From the NCBI RefSeq assembly GCF_964204645.1, contig NC_134030.1:2029355-2093354 (forward strand): 64,000 nt of DNA. The letters are read 5' to 3'. The notes under the pieces are model-generated. The model was not told the DNA's origin. It did not search any database and worked only from the letters and a program-made list of their open reading frames with translations. How positions within the stretch are numbered: the first letter of the stretch is position 1; each line of letters begins with the position of its first letter. The position numbers and the translations under genes were made by a program. The DNA comes from Tubulanus polymorphus (Eukaryota > Animalia > Nemertea). Positions 50,725 through 63,622 of the stretch are shown in pieces.

Positions 50725-51828
50725 ATGAACTGAGAGTAATTTCATGAATGATGAATTTACCCTCAGTGCATTCATTGTTTTAATGATGATCCTGCAAGTA
50801 ATTTCAACAATGATGAATTTACCCCCCTGAGTTCATTCATTGTTTTTATGATGATCCTGAGAGTAATTTCAACACTGATGAATTCATTCTCAGTTCATTC
50901 ATTGTTTTAATGATGATCCTGAGAGTAATTTCAACAATGATGAATTTACCCTCAGTTCATTCATTGTTTTAATGATGATCCTGAGAGTAATTTCAACAAT
51001 GATGAATTCATTCTCAGTTCATTCATTGTTTTAATGATGATCCTAAGAGTAATTTCAACACTGATGAATTCATTCTCAGTTCATTCATTGTTTTAATGAT
51101 GATCCTGAGAGTAATTTCAACAATGATGAATTTACCCTCAGTTCATTCATTGTTTTAATGATGATCCTGAGAGTAATTTCAACACTGATGAATTCATTCT
51201 CAGTTCATTCATTGTTTTAATGATGATCCTGAGAGTAATTTCAACAATGATGAATTTACCCTCAGTTCATTCATTGTTTTAATGATGATCCTGAGAGTAA
51301 TTTCAACAATGATGAATTCATTCTCAGTTCATTCATTGTTTTAATGATGATCCTGAGAGTAATTTCAACAATGATGAATTTATTCTCAGTTCATTCATTG
51401 TTTTAATGATGATCCTGAGAGTAATTTCAACAATGATGAATTTACCCTCAGTTCATTCATTGTTTTAATGATGATCCTGAGAGTAATTTCAACAATGATG
51501 AATTCCTTCTCAGTTCATTCATTGTTTTAATGATGATCCTGAGAGTAATTTCAACAATGATGAATTTATTCTCAGTTCATTCATTGTTTTAATGATGATC
51601 CTGAGAGTAATTTCAACAATGATGAATTTACCCTCAGTTCATTCATTGTTTTAATGATGATCCTGAGAGTAATTTCAACAATGATGAATTCATTCTCAGT
51701 TCATTCATTGTTTTAATGATGATCCTGAGAGTAATTTCAACAATGATGAATTTACCCTCAGTTCATTCATTGTTTTAATGATGATCCTGAGAGTAATTTC
51801 AACAATGATGAATTCACCCTCAGTCCAT
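50725..51828. repeat. 62-bp satellite, ~17-18 copies
   Basis: TGAGAGTAATTTCAACAATGATGAATTTACCCTCAGTTCATTCATTGTTTTAATGATGATCC, with interspersed TTACCC/TCATTC variants. Confidence 0.96.
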
Positions 51829-52379
51829 CACATTCTAAAATGTTACTATTTTATTCAGTGAAAATCTCTGAACTGCATAAATAGAAGATCTTAGGGATTA
51901 TTGATTAATGTACCCGAGTGTAACTTATAACATAAATTGACCCTCAGTTTATCAGAGGTTTATACTTTACTTAAGTTAACAGCATTAGTTTCAACTCAAT
52001 CAACTTGACCTAAACGAACTTAAACTCAAACTCAACTCGACTTTAATCAACTGGAACGAATTAGATTTGAAACATAGAAACGTGAAAAAAAACTTATAAG
52101 TAAAAAGGTAGAAAATAAAATATAAGAAAAAGTTCTCAATCACATTTCATATTTACTAAGCCTATATCGACTAGAGTTAATGCTCTTTATGCGTGCATTA
52201 TATACATCATGGGCCTTTTATATAACCTCTATTTATATCCGTTTTGTGGACCACGTAATTGAGTCAAAGAGTATTCAGATCAAACCTGGGCCTTCAGTTA
52301 TTCCATCCATGAATCACTTGGGTTCGCATATACTGATAGTCAAATATAAGATATTTCATCTAATCAATGTTTTAGTTAG

Positions 52380-52930
52380 TATTAAAATACAGATAAAAAT
52401 TGTTCTAAAAGAATATATACAAATAAAATAGTTTTAAAAATATATATATATATAAATAAAATATTTTTAAAATATATATAAATAAAATAGTTTTTAAAAT
52501 ATATACAAATAAAATAGTTTTTAAAATATATACAAATACAACAGTTTAAAAGATAATTAAAGATAAAATATATACAAATGAAATAGTTTTAAAATTCAGA
52601 TATTAAGATAGTTTCTAGATATAATAGTTATTTTAAAATTAAGACAAAATACTTTCTTTAATAGTTTTAAATTCAGATAAATTAGTTTTTAGATATTATA
52701 GTTACAAATCCACAAAAAGGCTTATATAATAATCAATCCTTGAATAGATTAAAGGATAATTTAAGATAAAATACATACAAATGAAATAGTTTTAAAATTC
52801 AGATAAGATAGTTTTTAGATATAATAGTTATTTTTAAATTAACATAAAATACTTTCTTTAATAGTTTAAAATTCAGATAAATTAGTTTTTAGATATTATA
52901 GTTACTTTAAAATGGAGATAATTTAATATA
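52380..52930. repeat. AT-rich degenerate tandem repeats
   Basis: AAAATATATACAAATAAAATAGTTTT units and a ~200-bp duplication (52555-52705 vs 52755-52905). Confidence 0.7.
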
Positions 52931-53352
52931 GTCTAGAACATTCTTAAAAAAGTTTTCAGAATTACTAGTTTAGAAGTAATAATGAAATAGTTTTGGAATT
53001 TCAGCACTGAAGGACTCAAAAATGGCCAAATTAACTAACTGTTCAACATGTGCAGTATGACTGGATCTCAGTCAGTGGAAATCTATCAATGATGCTGGTT
53101 TGAGTTTGGATTTTGTGACCTCTTTACAACAATAATTGCAAAGTAGCTGAGAAACTACAAGTAGCGACATTTCATGTAATAATTAGTAGATGATATCACA
53201 TATCTTAATACAACTGATGTCCTTTTTGGGGACCAAGGCTTCTCCTGAGGAATTAATCCTACCATATGAATGATCGAGATATTGAAAACAACTTCTTTGT
53301 CAATTTCTTCTCAATTGGTATGAACTTAAAACAATTTTCCTTTTTTACACAA

Positions 53353-53721
53353 TCTCCTCTATCATATATCTCCATTAACTCCTGTCTCATATCTCCATAA
53401 ACTCCTCTATCATATCTACATAAACTCCTCTATCATATCTACATAAACTCCTCTATCATATCTACATAAACTCCTCTCTCATATCTCCATAAACTCCTCT
53501 CTCATATCTCCATAAACTCCTCTCTCATATCTACATAAACTCCTCTCTCATATCTCCATAAACTCCTCTATCATATCTACATAAACTCCTCTATCATATC
53601 TACATAAACTCCTCTATCATATCTACATAAACTCCTCTCTCATATCTACATAAACTCCTCTCTCATATCTCCATAAACTCCTCTCTCATATCTCCATAAA
53701 CTCCTCTCTCATATCTCTCAT
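53353..53721. repeat. 23-bp minisatellite (ATAAACTCCTCT(A/C)TCATATCT(A/C)C)n, ~15 copies
   Basis: Tandem units visible directly. Confidence 0.95.
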
Positions 53722-54339
53722 GCCTTATTGATTTCAACAAGAGATGCAGAACTAATTTAACAAGAATTTTGAACCCAAACCTTGATTCTGGTGATCGTAA
53801 GAATCAGTAGAGATTAATATAAATCAATAAAACTTCACTCAACTGTGATAACAACTAATTTTCCAATCCGAGATCTTTATTTGATACTTTCTTTATCAGA
53901 GATTCTTAATCATTGCAATTTTGCAGATTTTTTGCATTATTCTATTCTATCCTATGTTCAATTATGAACTGATAAATTCATGCATTGAAGACTGATCGAG
54001 TGAACTTTCACACCTTAGAAATTTAATGAAATTGATTACCGTAGTCTTTGCTGTGGTTTCCTATCATGCGCAATTTTTTATCTGGACGATATATGTATTT
54101 CTATTCCTTATGAGTAAATATTTTAAATTCCTCCGATCACATTTGAAGGACTTCTTTCCGTTGTTGAGCATTAGATATTGACATTCCAATTATTTCAAGT
54201 TTTCCTGTGATATCAATTATTTAATCTTTAACTCTATGAAATCAAGTAAATAACAATTCCATGGTTTTACACTTGAAGTAAGAACACCATAGCTTGGGGG
54301 GGGGGGGGGAGAGGGCAACATGGAACATCGAACAATCCA

Positions 54340-57300
54340 TTTCAATGTAGTTTCCTAAAGAATCGCTGTTCCATCTCCATGTTCCAAGTTTGATAAGGAA
54401 TCACATTTTGTGAATCATAGCCGTTCTTTTCGATTTGAAAAAAAATCCACTTTTTTTCAAAAATCCACTTTTTATTGTAGAGATTGATTTCCTGCATATC
54501 CCAAAAGACATTTGCAAAGGCTGACCATGGCATTAGAATAGATGACTGTCACAATTAGATGGTATGGATGGTTACTGCTGCAAACAAGTAGTAATGCAAG
54601 GATGGTAAATGCTTCAGCATCATGAGAAGCACAATGAACCTTAGTTAATAAGGTATTGTAAAAGAAGTAATGCAAGGGTGTTAAATGCTTCATTGTGAGA
54701 AGCAAAATGAACCTTAGTGAATAAGGTGTTGTGAAAGATGTATCGCAAGACTCGAATTTCAGAACGCAAAAAGGCAAAAGAAGTAATGCGAGGATTGTAA
54801 ATGCTTCAGCATCGTGAGAAGCAAAATGAACCTTAGTTGATACGGTATTGAAAAGAAGGTATAACAAGGATGGTAAATGCTTCAGCATCGTGAGACATCA
54901 TGATTGAGCTTGACGGCTGAGCAAGGCGGTGCCCCAACTGGAGTGCCTGATGTCGATACCTGGGCAGGTGCTTTAATAGTATCATTATCATCCTCTTTAT
55001 CACTACTTGCTTCCTTCAAATTTGGCTGACTCAGCAGGGAAGGACGAGCCACATGTTCAGGATTAGAATTTATCCTTTTTTCTCGAAAAAACAGACCTCT
55101 GTGACTATATGTGGATGATTGGTGACCAACAGTCACATCAGTTTCAGCTTCCATCAGCCTTTTTTCTTCACATAAATATTTTGATAGAGAAGGAACCTTC
55201 CAAAACCATACGCCTGGATTTTCTGTCTCTTGGAAGACATTCTTCGGATCGTTAATTTAAGCATTATTTGCCTCAAATTCAACGCACAATATGAACCGTA
55301 TCACCATTGACAACAGATGAGGCCGTATTAAATTGCGCGCCGAATACCGAACTAAATGATAATGAAATCGATTGTTGAAAGTTGTCAATGCTCCGCATGC
55401 ACAGGAAAGGCACAGTTCACCAACTGACGGAGGAGCAAACTCAAAAGGAGTCTCAATAATGTAAGGAAGAGTTTGTAACAGACCTTTCATATAGATGTCC
55501 AATACCGGAAGGGCTCTGCTGCGAGTCAAGTGGCTTCAGACTGATCTCTTAGTCTTTTGTGATGTTTTCTAATAATTGTAAATCTGGAATGAAAAAAAAC
55601 AACATTAAGTATCATGTATATTAAACATTAATGACACGTCCACGTATAACTTACTTTCTATTGATTAGACACAGCTTTGAATATGAATAATATGATGAAT
55701 ATTTCACAATTTGGAACATTTTGAAACCCGGAAATGAATTTACTTCCTCAAGTTATTTCTCATCCACCAGAGCCTCTTACTCACTATCCAATTCAATTCA
55801 ATCCAAACTTTTTTCACCATTTGATTTGTTTGCAAATTCAATAAATTCTTGAGTGCCGACAAAAAATCCAATTTTTGGAAATCCAATCATGTGTAGATTT
55901 GAGATAGAATAATTTGAGATGTTTGTCAAAAATAATTGAGAATTTGAGATATCTAATATGAAATGATTGAGATTGATAAAGTAGTGTTTGATACTTACTC
56001 AAATCGACAAAATGCGCTGAAGGAAGCAGGCTCCAATTTCAGGACCTTGGCTTGCACCAGCACCATCAAACCAGTAAGAAGACTTTTTTTCTGACGCTCT
56101 GTGGTTGATGTATTAGTTGTAGATGTCGTATCTGTGGTTAATTGTTACAGTTGTTGTTGACTGCTGTTGACTTGTCTGCTTTTGACAACTGCTGCTGCTG
56201 CTGCTGCTGCTGCTGCTACTGGAATGTAGAAAGAGATTTCATTAAAAATCAAGAGAATTGAAATAATTATGTCATTTAAATACATTTAATTATCAATTAA
56301 TCATTATCTAATTCAAAAGAAGCCACCAGAATTAAATGGGTCACAATTTCAAAATCAATTGGCGGCGCTTCGAATGAAAGATTTCTATGGATTCGAGTCA
56401 TGGTTGAATAGACTGAGCTGTCTATGTATTACACCTAGGCATGTCAGCTTGCCGCTTTAGCGCGAATATTGCTACACCAGAAAACTTAAGCAATAATTCA
56501 AAATTGCATATACTTTCTTAATTACTACCACTATCTACATTGAAAATCAATATAGGCCTATATATGTTATGGAAATTACGAAGCAGGGTTCACCACCTGA
56601 TGGAGGAGCAAACTCAAAAGGAGTCTCAATAATGTAAGGAAGAGTTTGTAACAGACCTTTCATATAGATTGTCCAATACCGGAAGGGCTCTGCTGCGAGT
56701 CAAGTGTCTTCACACTGATCTCTTAGTCTTTTGTGATGTTTTCTAATAATTGTAAATCTGAAATGAAAAAAAAAATCATTAAGTATCATGTATATTAAAC
56801 ATTAATGACACGCCCACGTATAACTTACTTTCTATTGATTAGACACAGCTTTGAATATGAATAATATGATGAATATTTCACAATTTGGAACATTTTGAAA
56901 CCCGGAAATGAATTTACTTCCTCAAGTTATTTCTCATCCACCAGAGCCTCTTACTCACTATCCAATTCAATTCAATCCAAACTTTATTCACCATTTGATT
57001 TGTTTGCAAATTCAATAAATTCTTGAGTGCTGACAAAAATTGCAGCATTCATTAAAATGAAAAATTTATACTCAAACAATTGAGAAATCTAATTCTAATG
57101 ATATTAGATGTTTCAGGTGAATAACTGATGATATTCAAAATAGTTGAGATTGAGACAATTTTGAGTTTTTGGAAATCCAATCATGTGGAGATTTGAGATA
57201 GAATAATTTGAGATGTTTATCAAAAATAATTGAGAATTTGAGATATCTAATATGAAATGATTGAGATTGATAAAGTAGTGTTTGATACTTACTCAAATCG

Positions 57301-58773
57301 ACAAAATGCGCTGAAGGAAGCAGGCTCCAATTTCAGGACCTTGGCTTGCACCAGCACCATCAAACCAGTAAGAAGACTTTTTTCTGACGCTCTGTGGTTG
57401 ATGTATTAGTTGTAGATGTCGTATCTGTGGTTAATTGTTACAGTTGTTGTTGACTGCTGTTGACTTGTCTGCTTTTGACAACTGCTGCTGCTTCTGCTGC
57501 GGCTGCTGCTGCTACTGGAATGTAGAAAGAGATTTCATTAAAAATCAAGAGAATTGAAATAATTATGTCATTTAAATACATTTAATTATCAATTAATCAT
57601 TATCTAATTCAAAAGAAGCCACCAGAGTTAAATGGGTCACAATTTCAAAATCAATTGGTGGCGCTTCGAATGAAAGATTTCTATGGGTTCGAGTCATGGT
57701 TGAATAGACTGAGCTGTCTATGTATTACACCTAGGCATGTCAGCTTGCCGCTTTAGCGCGAATATTGCTACACCAGAAAACTTAAGCAATAATTCAAAAT
57801 TGCATATACTCTCTTAATTACCACTATCTACATTGAAAATCAATATAGGCCTATATATGTTATGGAAATTACGAAGCAGGGTTCACCACCTGATGGAGGA
57901 GCAAACTCAAAAGGAGTCTCAATAATGTAAGGAAGAGTTTGTAACAGACCTTTCATATAGATGTCCAATACCGGAAGGGCTCTGCTGCGAGTCAAGTGGC
58001 TTCAGACTGATCTCTTAGTCTTTTGTGATGTTTTCTAATAATTGTAAATCTGAAATGAAAAAAAAAAACATTAAGTATCATGTATATTAAACATTAATGA
58101 CACGTCCACGTATAACTTACTTTCTATTGATTAGACACAGCTTTGAATATGAATAATATGATGAATATTTCACAATTTGGAACATTTTGAAACCCGGAAA
58201 TGAATTTACTTCCTCAAGTTATTTCTCATCCACCAGAGCCTCTTACTCACTATCCAATTCAATTCAATCCAAACTTTATTCACCATTTGATTTGTTTGCA
58301 AATTCAATAAATTCTTGAGTGCTGACAAAAATTGCAGCATTCATTAAAATGAAAAATTTATACTCAAACAATTGAGAAATCTAATTTTAATGATATTAGA
58401 TGTTTCAGGTGAATAACTGATGATATTCAAAATAGTTGAGATTGAGACAATTTTGAGTTTTTGGAAATCCAATCATGTGGAGATTTGAGATAGAATAATT
58501 TGAGATGTTTATCAAAAATAATTGAGAATTTGAGATATCTAATATGAAATGATTGAGATTGATAAAATAGTGTTTGATACTTACTCAAATCGACAAAATG
58601 CGCTGAAGGAAGCAGGCTCCAATTTCAGGACCTTGGCTTGCACCAGCACCATCAAACCAGTAAGACGACTTTTTTTCTGACACTCTGTGGTTGATGTATT
58701 AGTTGTAGATGTCGTATCTGTGGTTAATTGTTACAGTTGTTGTTGACTGCTGTTGACTTGTCTGCTTTTGACA

Positions 58774-58812
<39 letters not shown>

Positions 58813-60655
58813 ACTGGAATGTAGAAAGAGATTTCATTAAAAATCAAGAGAATTGAAATAATTATGTCATTTAAATACATTTAATTATCAATTAATCATT
58901 ATCTAATTCAAAAGAAGCCACCAGAATTAAATGGGTCACAATTTCAAAATCAATTGGTGGCGCTTCGAATGAAAGATTTCTATGGGTTCGAGTCATGGTT
59001 GAATAGACTGAGCTGTCTATGTATTACACCTAGGCATGTCAGCTTGCCGCTTTAGCGCGAATATTTCTACACCAGAAAACTTAAGCAATAATTAAAAATT
59101 GCATATACTCTCTTAATTACCACTATCTACATTGAAAATCAATATATATATATATGTTATGGAAATTACGAAGCAGGGTACACCACCTGACGGAGGAGCA
59201 AACTCAAAAGGAGTTTCAATAATGTAAGGAAGAGTTTGTAACAGACCTTTCATATAGATTGTCCAATACCGGAAAGGCTCTGCTGCGAGTCAAGTGGCTT
59301 CAGACTGATCTCTTTTGTGATGTTTTCTAATAATTGTAAATCTGGAATGAAAAAAAAAAACATTAAGTATCATGTATATTAAACATTAATGACATGACAC
59401 GTCCACGTATAACTTACTTTCTATTGATTAGACACAGCTTTGAATATGAATCACAATGTCTATTTCAATGAATATTTCACAATTTGGAACGATTTTGACC
59501 GGATTTTGAAACTCGGAAATGACTTTACTTCCTCAAGTTATTTCTCATCCACCAGAGCCTCTTACTCGCTATCCAATTCAATTCAATCCAAACTTTATTC
59601 ACCATTTGATTTGTTTGCAAATTCAATTTTTTTCTAGAGTGCTGATAAAAATTTGCAGCATTCATCAAAATGAAAAATTTTTACTCGAACAATTGAGAAA
59701 TCTTATTCTAATGATATTAGATGTTTGAGGTTGAGACAATTTTGAGTTTTTGGAAATTCAATAATGTGGAGATATGAGAATAATTTGAGATGTTTGTCAA
59801 AAATAATTGAGAATTTGAGATATCTAATATGAAATGATTGAGATTGATAAAGTAGAGTTTGATACTTACTCAAATCGACAAAATGCGCCGAAGGAAGCAG
59901 GCTCCAATTTCAGGACCTTGGCTTGCACCAGCGCCATCAAACCAGTAAGAATACTTTTTTCTGACGCTGTGGTTGATGTATTAGTTGTAGATGTCGTATC
60001 TGTGGTTAATTGTTACAGTTGTTGTTGATTGCTGTTGACTTGTCTGCTTTTGACAACTGCTGCTGCTGCTGCTGCTGCTGCTGAAATGTAGAAAGAGATT
60101 TCATAAAAAATCTCGAGAATTGAAATGATAAATCATAAGAAATAATGTCGTCGAAATTTATGTAACCCAGTGAAAAATACATTTAATTATCAATTAATCA
60201 TCACTATCTAAATATTAGATATTCGAAAGAAGACACCAGAATTAAATGGGTCGCAATTTCAAAATCTATTGGCGGCGCTTCGAATGAAAGGTTTCTATAG
60301 ATTCGAGTCATGGTTGAATAGACTGAGCTGTCTATGTATTACACCTAGGCATGTCAGCTAGCCGCTTTAGCGCGAATATTGCTACACCAGAAAACTTAAG
60401 CAAAAATTAAAAATTGCATATACTTTCTTAATTACCACTATCTACATTGAAAATCAATATATATGTTATGGAAATTGCGATTTCTTCAAAAAATCAAAAA
60501 GTAACACGGAAAGTGCTTATAATTAGTAAGATAACCAAATTGACACACATTTCACACCTATTTATGATTTGTACTTGCGGACGTTTGAAATTAAAACTTG
60601 CGCAAACAGTAAAACGAATATTTTAGGTGAAATTTACGAGTGAAATTTTCTTACC
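54340..60655 (-). pseudogene. Multi-exon decayed gene or lncRNA of unknown family with three exons amplified about four times
   Basis: First donor CAG|GTAAG at 60655; exons 60080-59870, 59641-59418 and 59341-~59187 have canonical acceptors, with strong GTAAGT donors on the first two. Frames are interrupted by stops. The terminal region holds ORFs 55257..55529 and 54882..55154 in one frame, separated by a single TAA. Confidence 0.5.
55420..60480. repeat. ~1.17-1.30-kb tandem duplication, ~3.9 copies
   Basis: GGAGGAGCAAACTC at ~55429, 56602, 57895 and 59192 (offsets 1173, 1293, 1297); each copy has a (CTG)n tract. Confidence 0.95.
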
Positions 60656-60658
60656 TGT

Positions 60659-60736
60659 AAAATGGCCGGACTTCGAAACGGGGTCAGGCGTGAGCTTTCA
60701 TACTGACATCGTGACGTCACTGATCCTGACCAATGA
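60659..60736 (-). promoter_or_regulatory. Putative Pol II promoter and first exon: CCAAT box, CRE palindrome, YY1 motif
   Basis: CCAAT at 60730-60734, GTGACGTCAC at 60711-60720, and GCCATTTT (minus strand) immediately before a strong donor; locally CpG-rich. Confidence 0.55.
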
Positions 60737-60985
60737 AATTTACTAATATTCCCGCCGATCATTTTCTGATGGGATTCGAACCTGATCAACGCCACCAAAA
60801 ATATCATTTCGATCGAATCCACGCAAATTCAATCGATGTTTGCCATGACATTTCCTCGGATTACACACAGTTGTCTGTCTGTCTGTTCACGCATTTAAAA
60901 ACTGTTTAAGAAATATATTCTGAAAATCGCAAACGCATGCCAAATCACATACGAGACAAACTGACAATCCGATCTGTATAACCAC

Positions 60986-61062
60986 AGATCTATGGTCCAG
61001 TGGTTAACGTGCTCGTCTGGTCAGCGACTGGTCGTAAGTTCGAGTCCCGATGACACCAGCTT
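60986..61062 (+). mobile_element. tRNA-derived SINE head or tRNA pseudogene
   Basis: A-box TGGTCCAGTGG (60993-61003) and B-box AGTTCGAGTCC (61037-61047) at tRNA spacing; no acceptor stem pairing. Confidence 0.55.
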
Positions 61063-63622
61063 ACACAGCTTGATCCGCATTCTTTTTTCGTCGGACTGCA
61101 GTCAGGCCCTGGGTCTGTTTTTTAATGTTTTAGATTGTAACGCTGGTTGGCTTCAGGAACGACAAGCAAGTGTAATTCAGAGCTGTCCGATTGCACATTT
61201 AACGGACTGTATTCATTACTAATTCCAACAGTGACACATAATTTCAGATTATCCAACATTTCATTTTGGTAATGAACACCAGTCCAGAACACTGACGTCA
61301 AACACCTGCATTCTGGACACTGACCTTCAACACTTATACCGATGGCTTCTGTCGTTTCTTACAAATGAAGGAATTGCGGATTTATTTTTCCCAGCAACGA
61401 AAATCAGGGAATTTGAGCATTTCTTGATAAGTCCACGGTATTGTGTCATTCTTACCAGTGACAAGTATCTCGAGGAACCCTTTGATAGGAGACAGCCCCC
61501 CGCTGAGGGTATGTTTTAATTAAATCTGGAAATTAATGATCAAGGGTTAGGGTAAACCATGGAATTCAAGATTCCCTGATCTGTGAGAACTCTGCACCCA
61601 GTTCCATAGTCTCAGGTTAGGTTTAACCCTTGAATAAAAGTTACTCTGGAACTGTGTTCTAATTGTTGTTTAAGTCTTGTATCACTGTCAATAAGAGAGT
61701 AATAATTATTCTATTGTTCAGTTATTTTTTAGCCAAAGATTCTTATCATGTTATAGCGTTTTATTGGTAGTATTTACTCATATATTCCAAAGATCTCTTG
61801 TTTTCTTTCCAAATTAATTCTACATTTCGTTGATTTTATGAAGAAAAGGTTGGTGCCGGTTTTGTTTGTGATCCGGTCGTCGAAGTAATTAAAGATTTTT
61901 AGTATTATTTTAAAGTTAGAAAAGAGAGATCCTCCATTCAGCATCAGGACGAATCAGCGTCAGTAATTATCGGGTTCGAACTTGGCGCGATCTAACAGCT
62001 AGACTGGTTACCGGTCATTCAAAATGAACATCTGACAGCGAATATTCTAGGGGTTGCTCCAGGAAAAAGACAGGGCTGAGGTTAAGTATACACTTGGATA
62101 GAAGCAGGAGCGGCTGGAGAGCTCCGGTGACACGCAACCAACCCTGGTAATAGACTGGTTACCGGTCTCTGGGACAGGCACCAGTCTTATCCTGTCAAGC
62201 GATAATATATACTTAAGGCCATATGCACGATTCGTTTTGAATTTGATTATGTTATTCAAGCAAGCAATGAAATCCGATTGAATACAAAAATAAATTTGAA
62301 TTTGGAATAATATTTAATCCTAATCAGGCAAAAGGTAGAAAGTTTCTTTTGTCCAATGTCGTATAGCGCCGCCGCGGTCGAAAATCGAACTAATCTGTCA
62401 AGTAGATAATTTTTTAAGTGAGAAGACGCCGCGTTCAGTTCGCGGTACACTGTACGTACAGTTTTTCGATACACTGCTGTTCAACAAATTTGTTTTGAAG
62501 TTGAAGTTCACAGCGCGCTATTCAGTTTTCAGAAGTAGAGGGCTAAAATAACATCATTCGTAAGATCTCAGATTGAATATTTTCATCACATTCAGAGCTC
62601 AGTTCATTGTATAAAATGTGTTATTTCATGTATTAGACAGTTACTTCTATTACTCTGACAGGAGTTTTTATGTCATAATTTTTTTTACCTCATGTGTAAC
62701 TCAATTATAGCAGAGTTGATAGTTTAATTATCAATTATTAATTTATAAATAAATTAGTATTATTAATCTAATTATTGGATTGATTATTATTAAGAGATAT
62801 GACATTATAAACATATAATGCACAGATATGGATGTTATATATAATGCAAAGATATGGATGTTATAATGATAATGTATTTCTACTCGCATAGAAATGAGAC
62901 TAAAGTTTTCCTGTTTGGATATTCTAAAAGCTTATAAGTCCTTTGCCAAGGATATGAATGGTTTGTGATGATATTATGTTAACTAAATTCATTTGTTGGG
63001 TGAACGATTTCAATTAATATCGCAATATTTAGCATTCGTGATATAATTAATATGATAGAGATATGGCCATTTGTCTATTGTTTATGTTAGCAAAAGATTG
63101 CATTTGATATAGAAGGCTTTCAAATGTTTTGATGTATGGTTGAGATTTTCAAAATAAATGTTATGCTTACATGAGATAATTGGAACTAGATTTTGTATTT
63201 CATCTTTATCAAGTATCGATGGATGAGAAGTCTTTAGGCGATGTGCAGTTAGCCCATTAGAGTTTGCCTTAAAATACTTTACTCTCAGTCTAAGCTGAAT
63301 TTAATTCATACCGCCGTTACAGTAACATAAAATTCACACAAAATCTTTAGCGCCATTGGAATAGGACGTCCCCTGTTTCACATCCGGTAGGTGTGTTGAC
63401 GGTGGGTAAGTTTAATAAGGTACACCAAATCTATTAAAACGATCGCTATTTTAAAATCAAATCATCCCGAAGAAATTGGGGATTCGAACCTATCGGATAT
63501 ATACTGGTACTCGGCGTCTTTCCACTTAACAAAACGTCGTCAATAACATGAGTTCTTATTATTGCTAAGTAGCGGCGCTACCGGTACTGTCGATCGGACA
63601 TCAGAAACTTTCTACCTTTTGC

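Noticed and set aside
50725-51828. Box C/D snoRNA cluster (ATGATGA and CTGA in each unit)
   Set aside because: Box order and spacing leave no guide region, units are near-identical, and there is no host-intron structure on that strand
53720-54260. Possible LINE reverse-transcriptase relic
   Set aside because: Only vague coding-like texture with many stops; no recognisable RT motif
60986-61062. Functional tRNA gene
   Set aside because: A and B boxes are present, but the acceptor stem does not pair and I could not build a full cloverleaf
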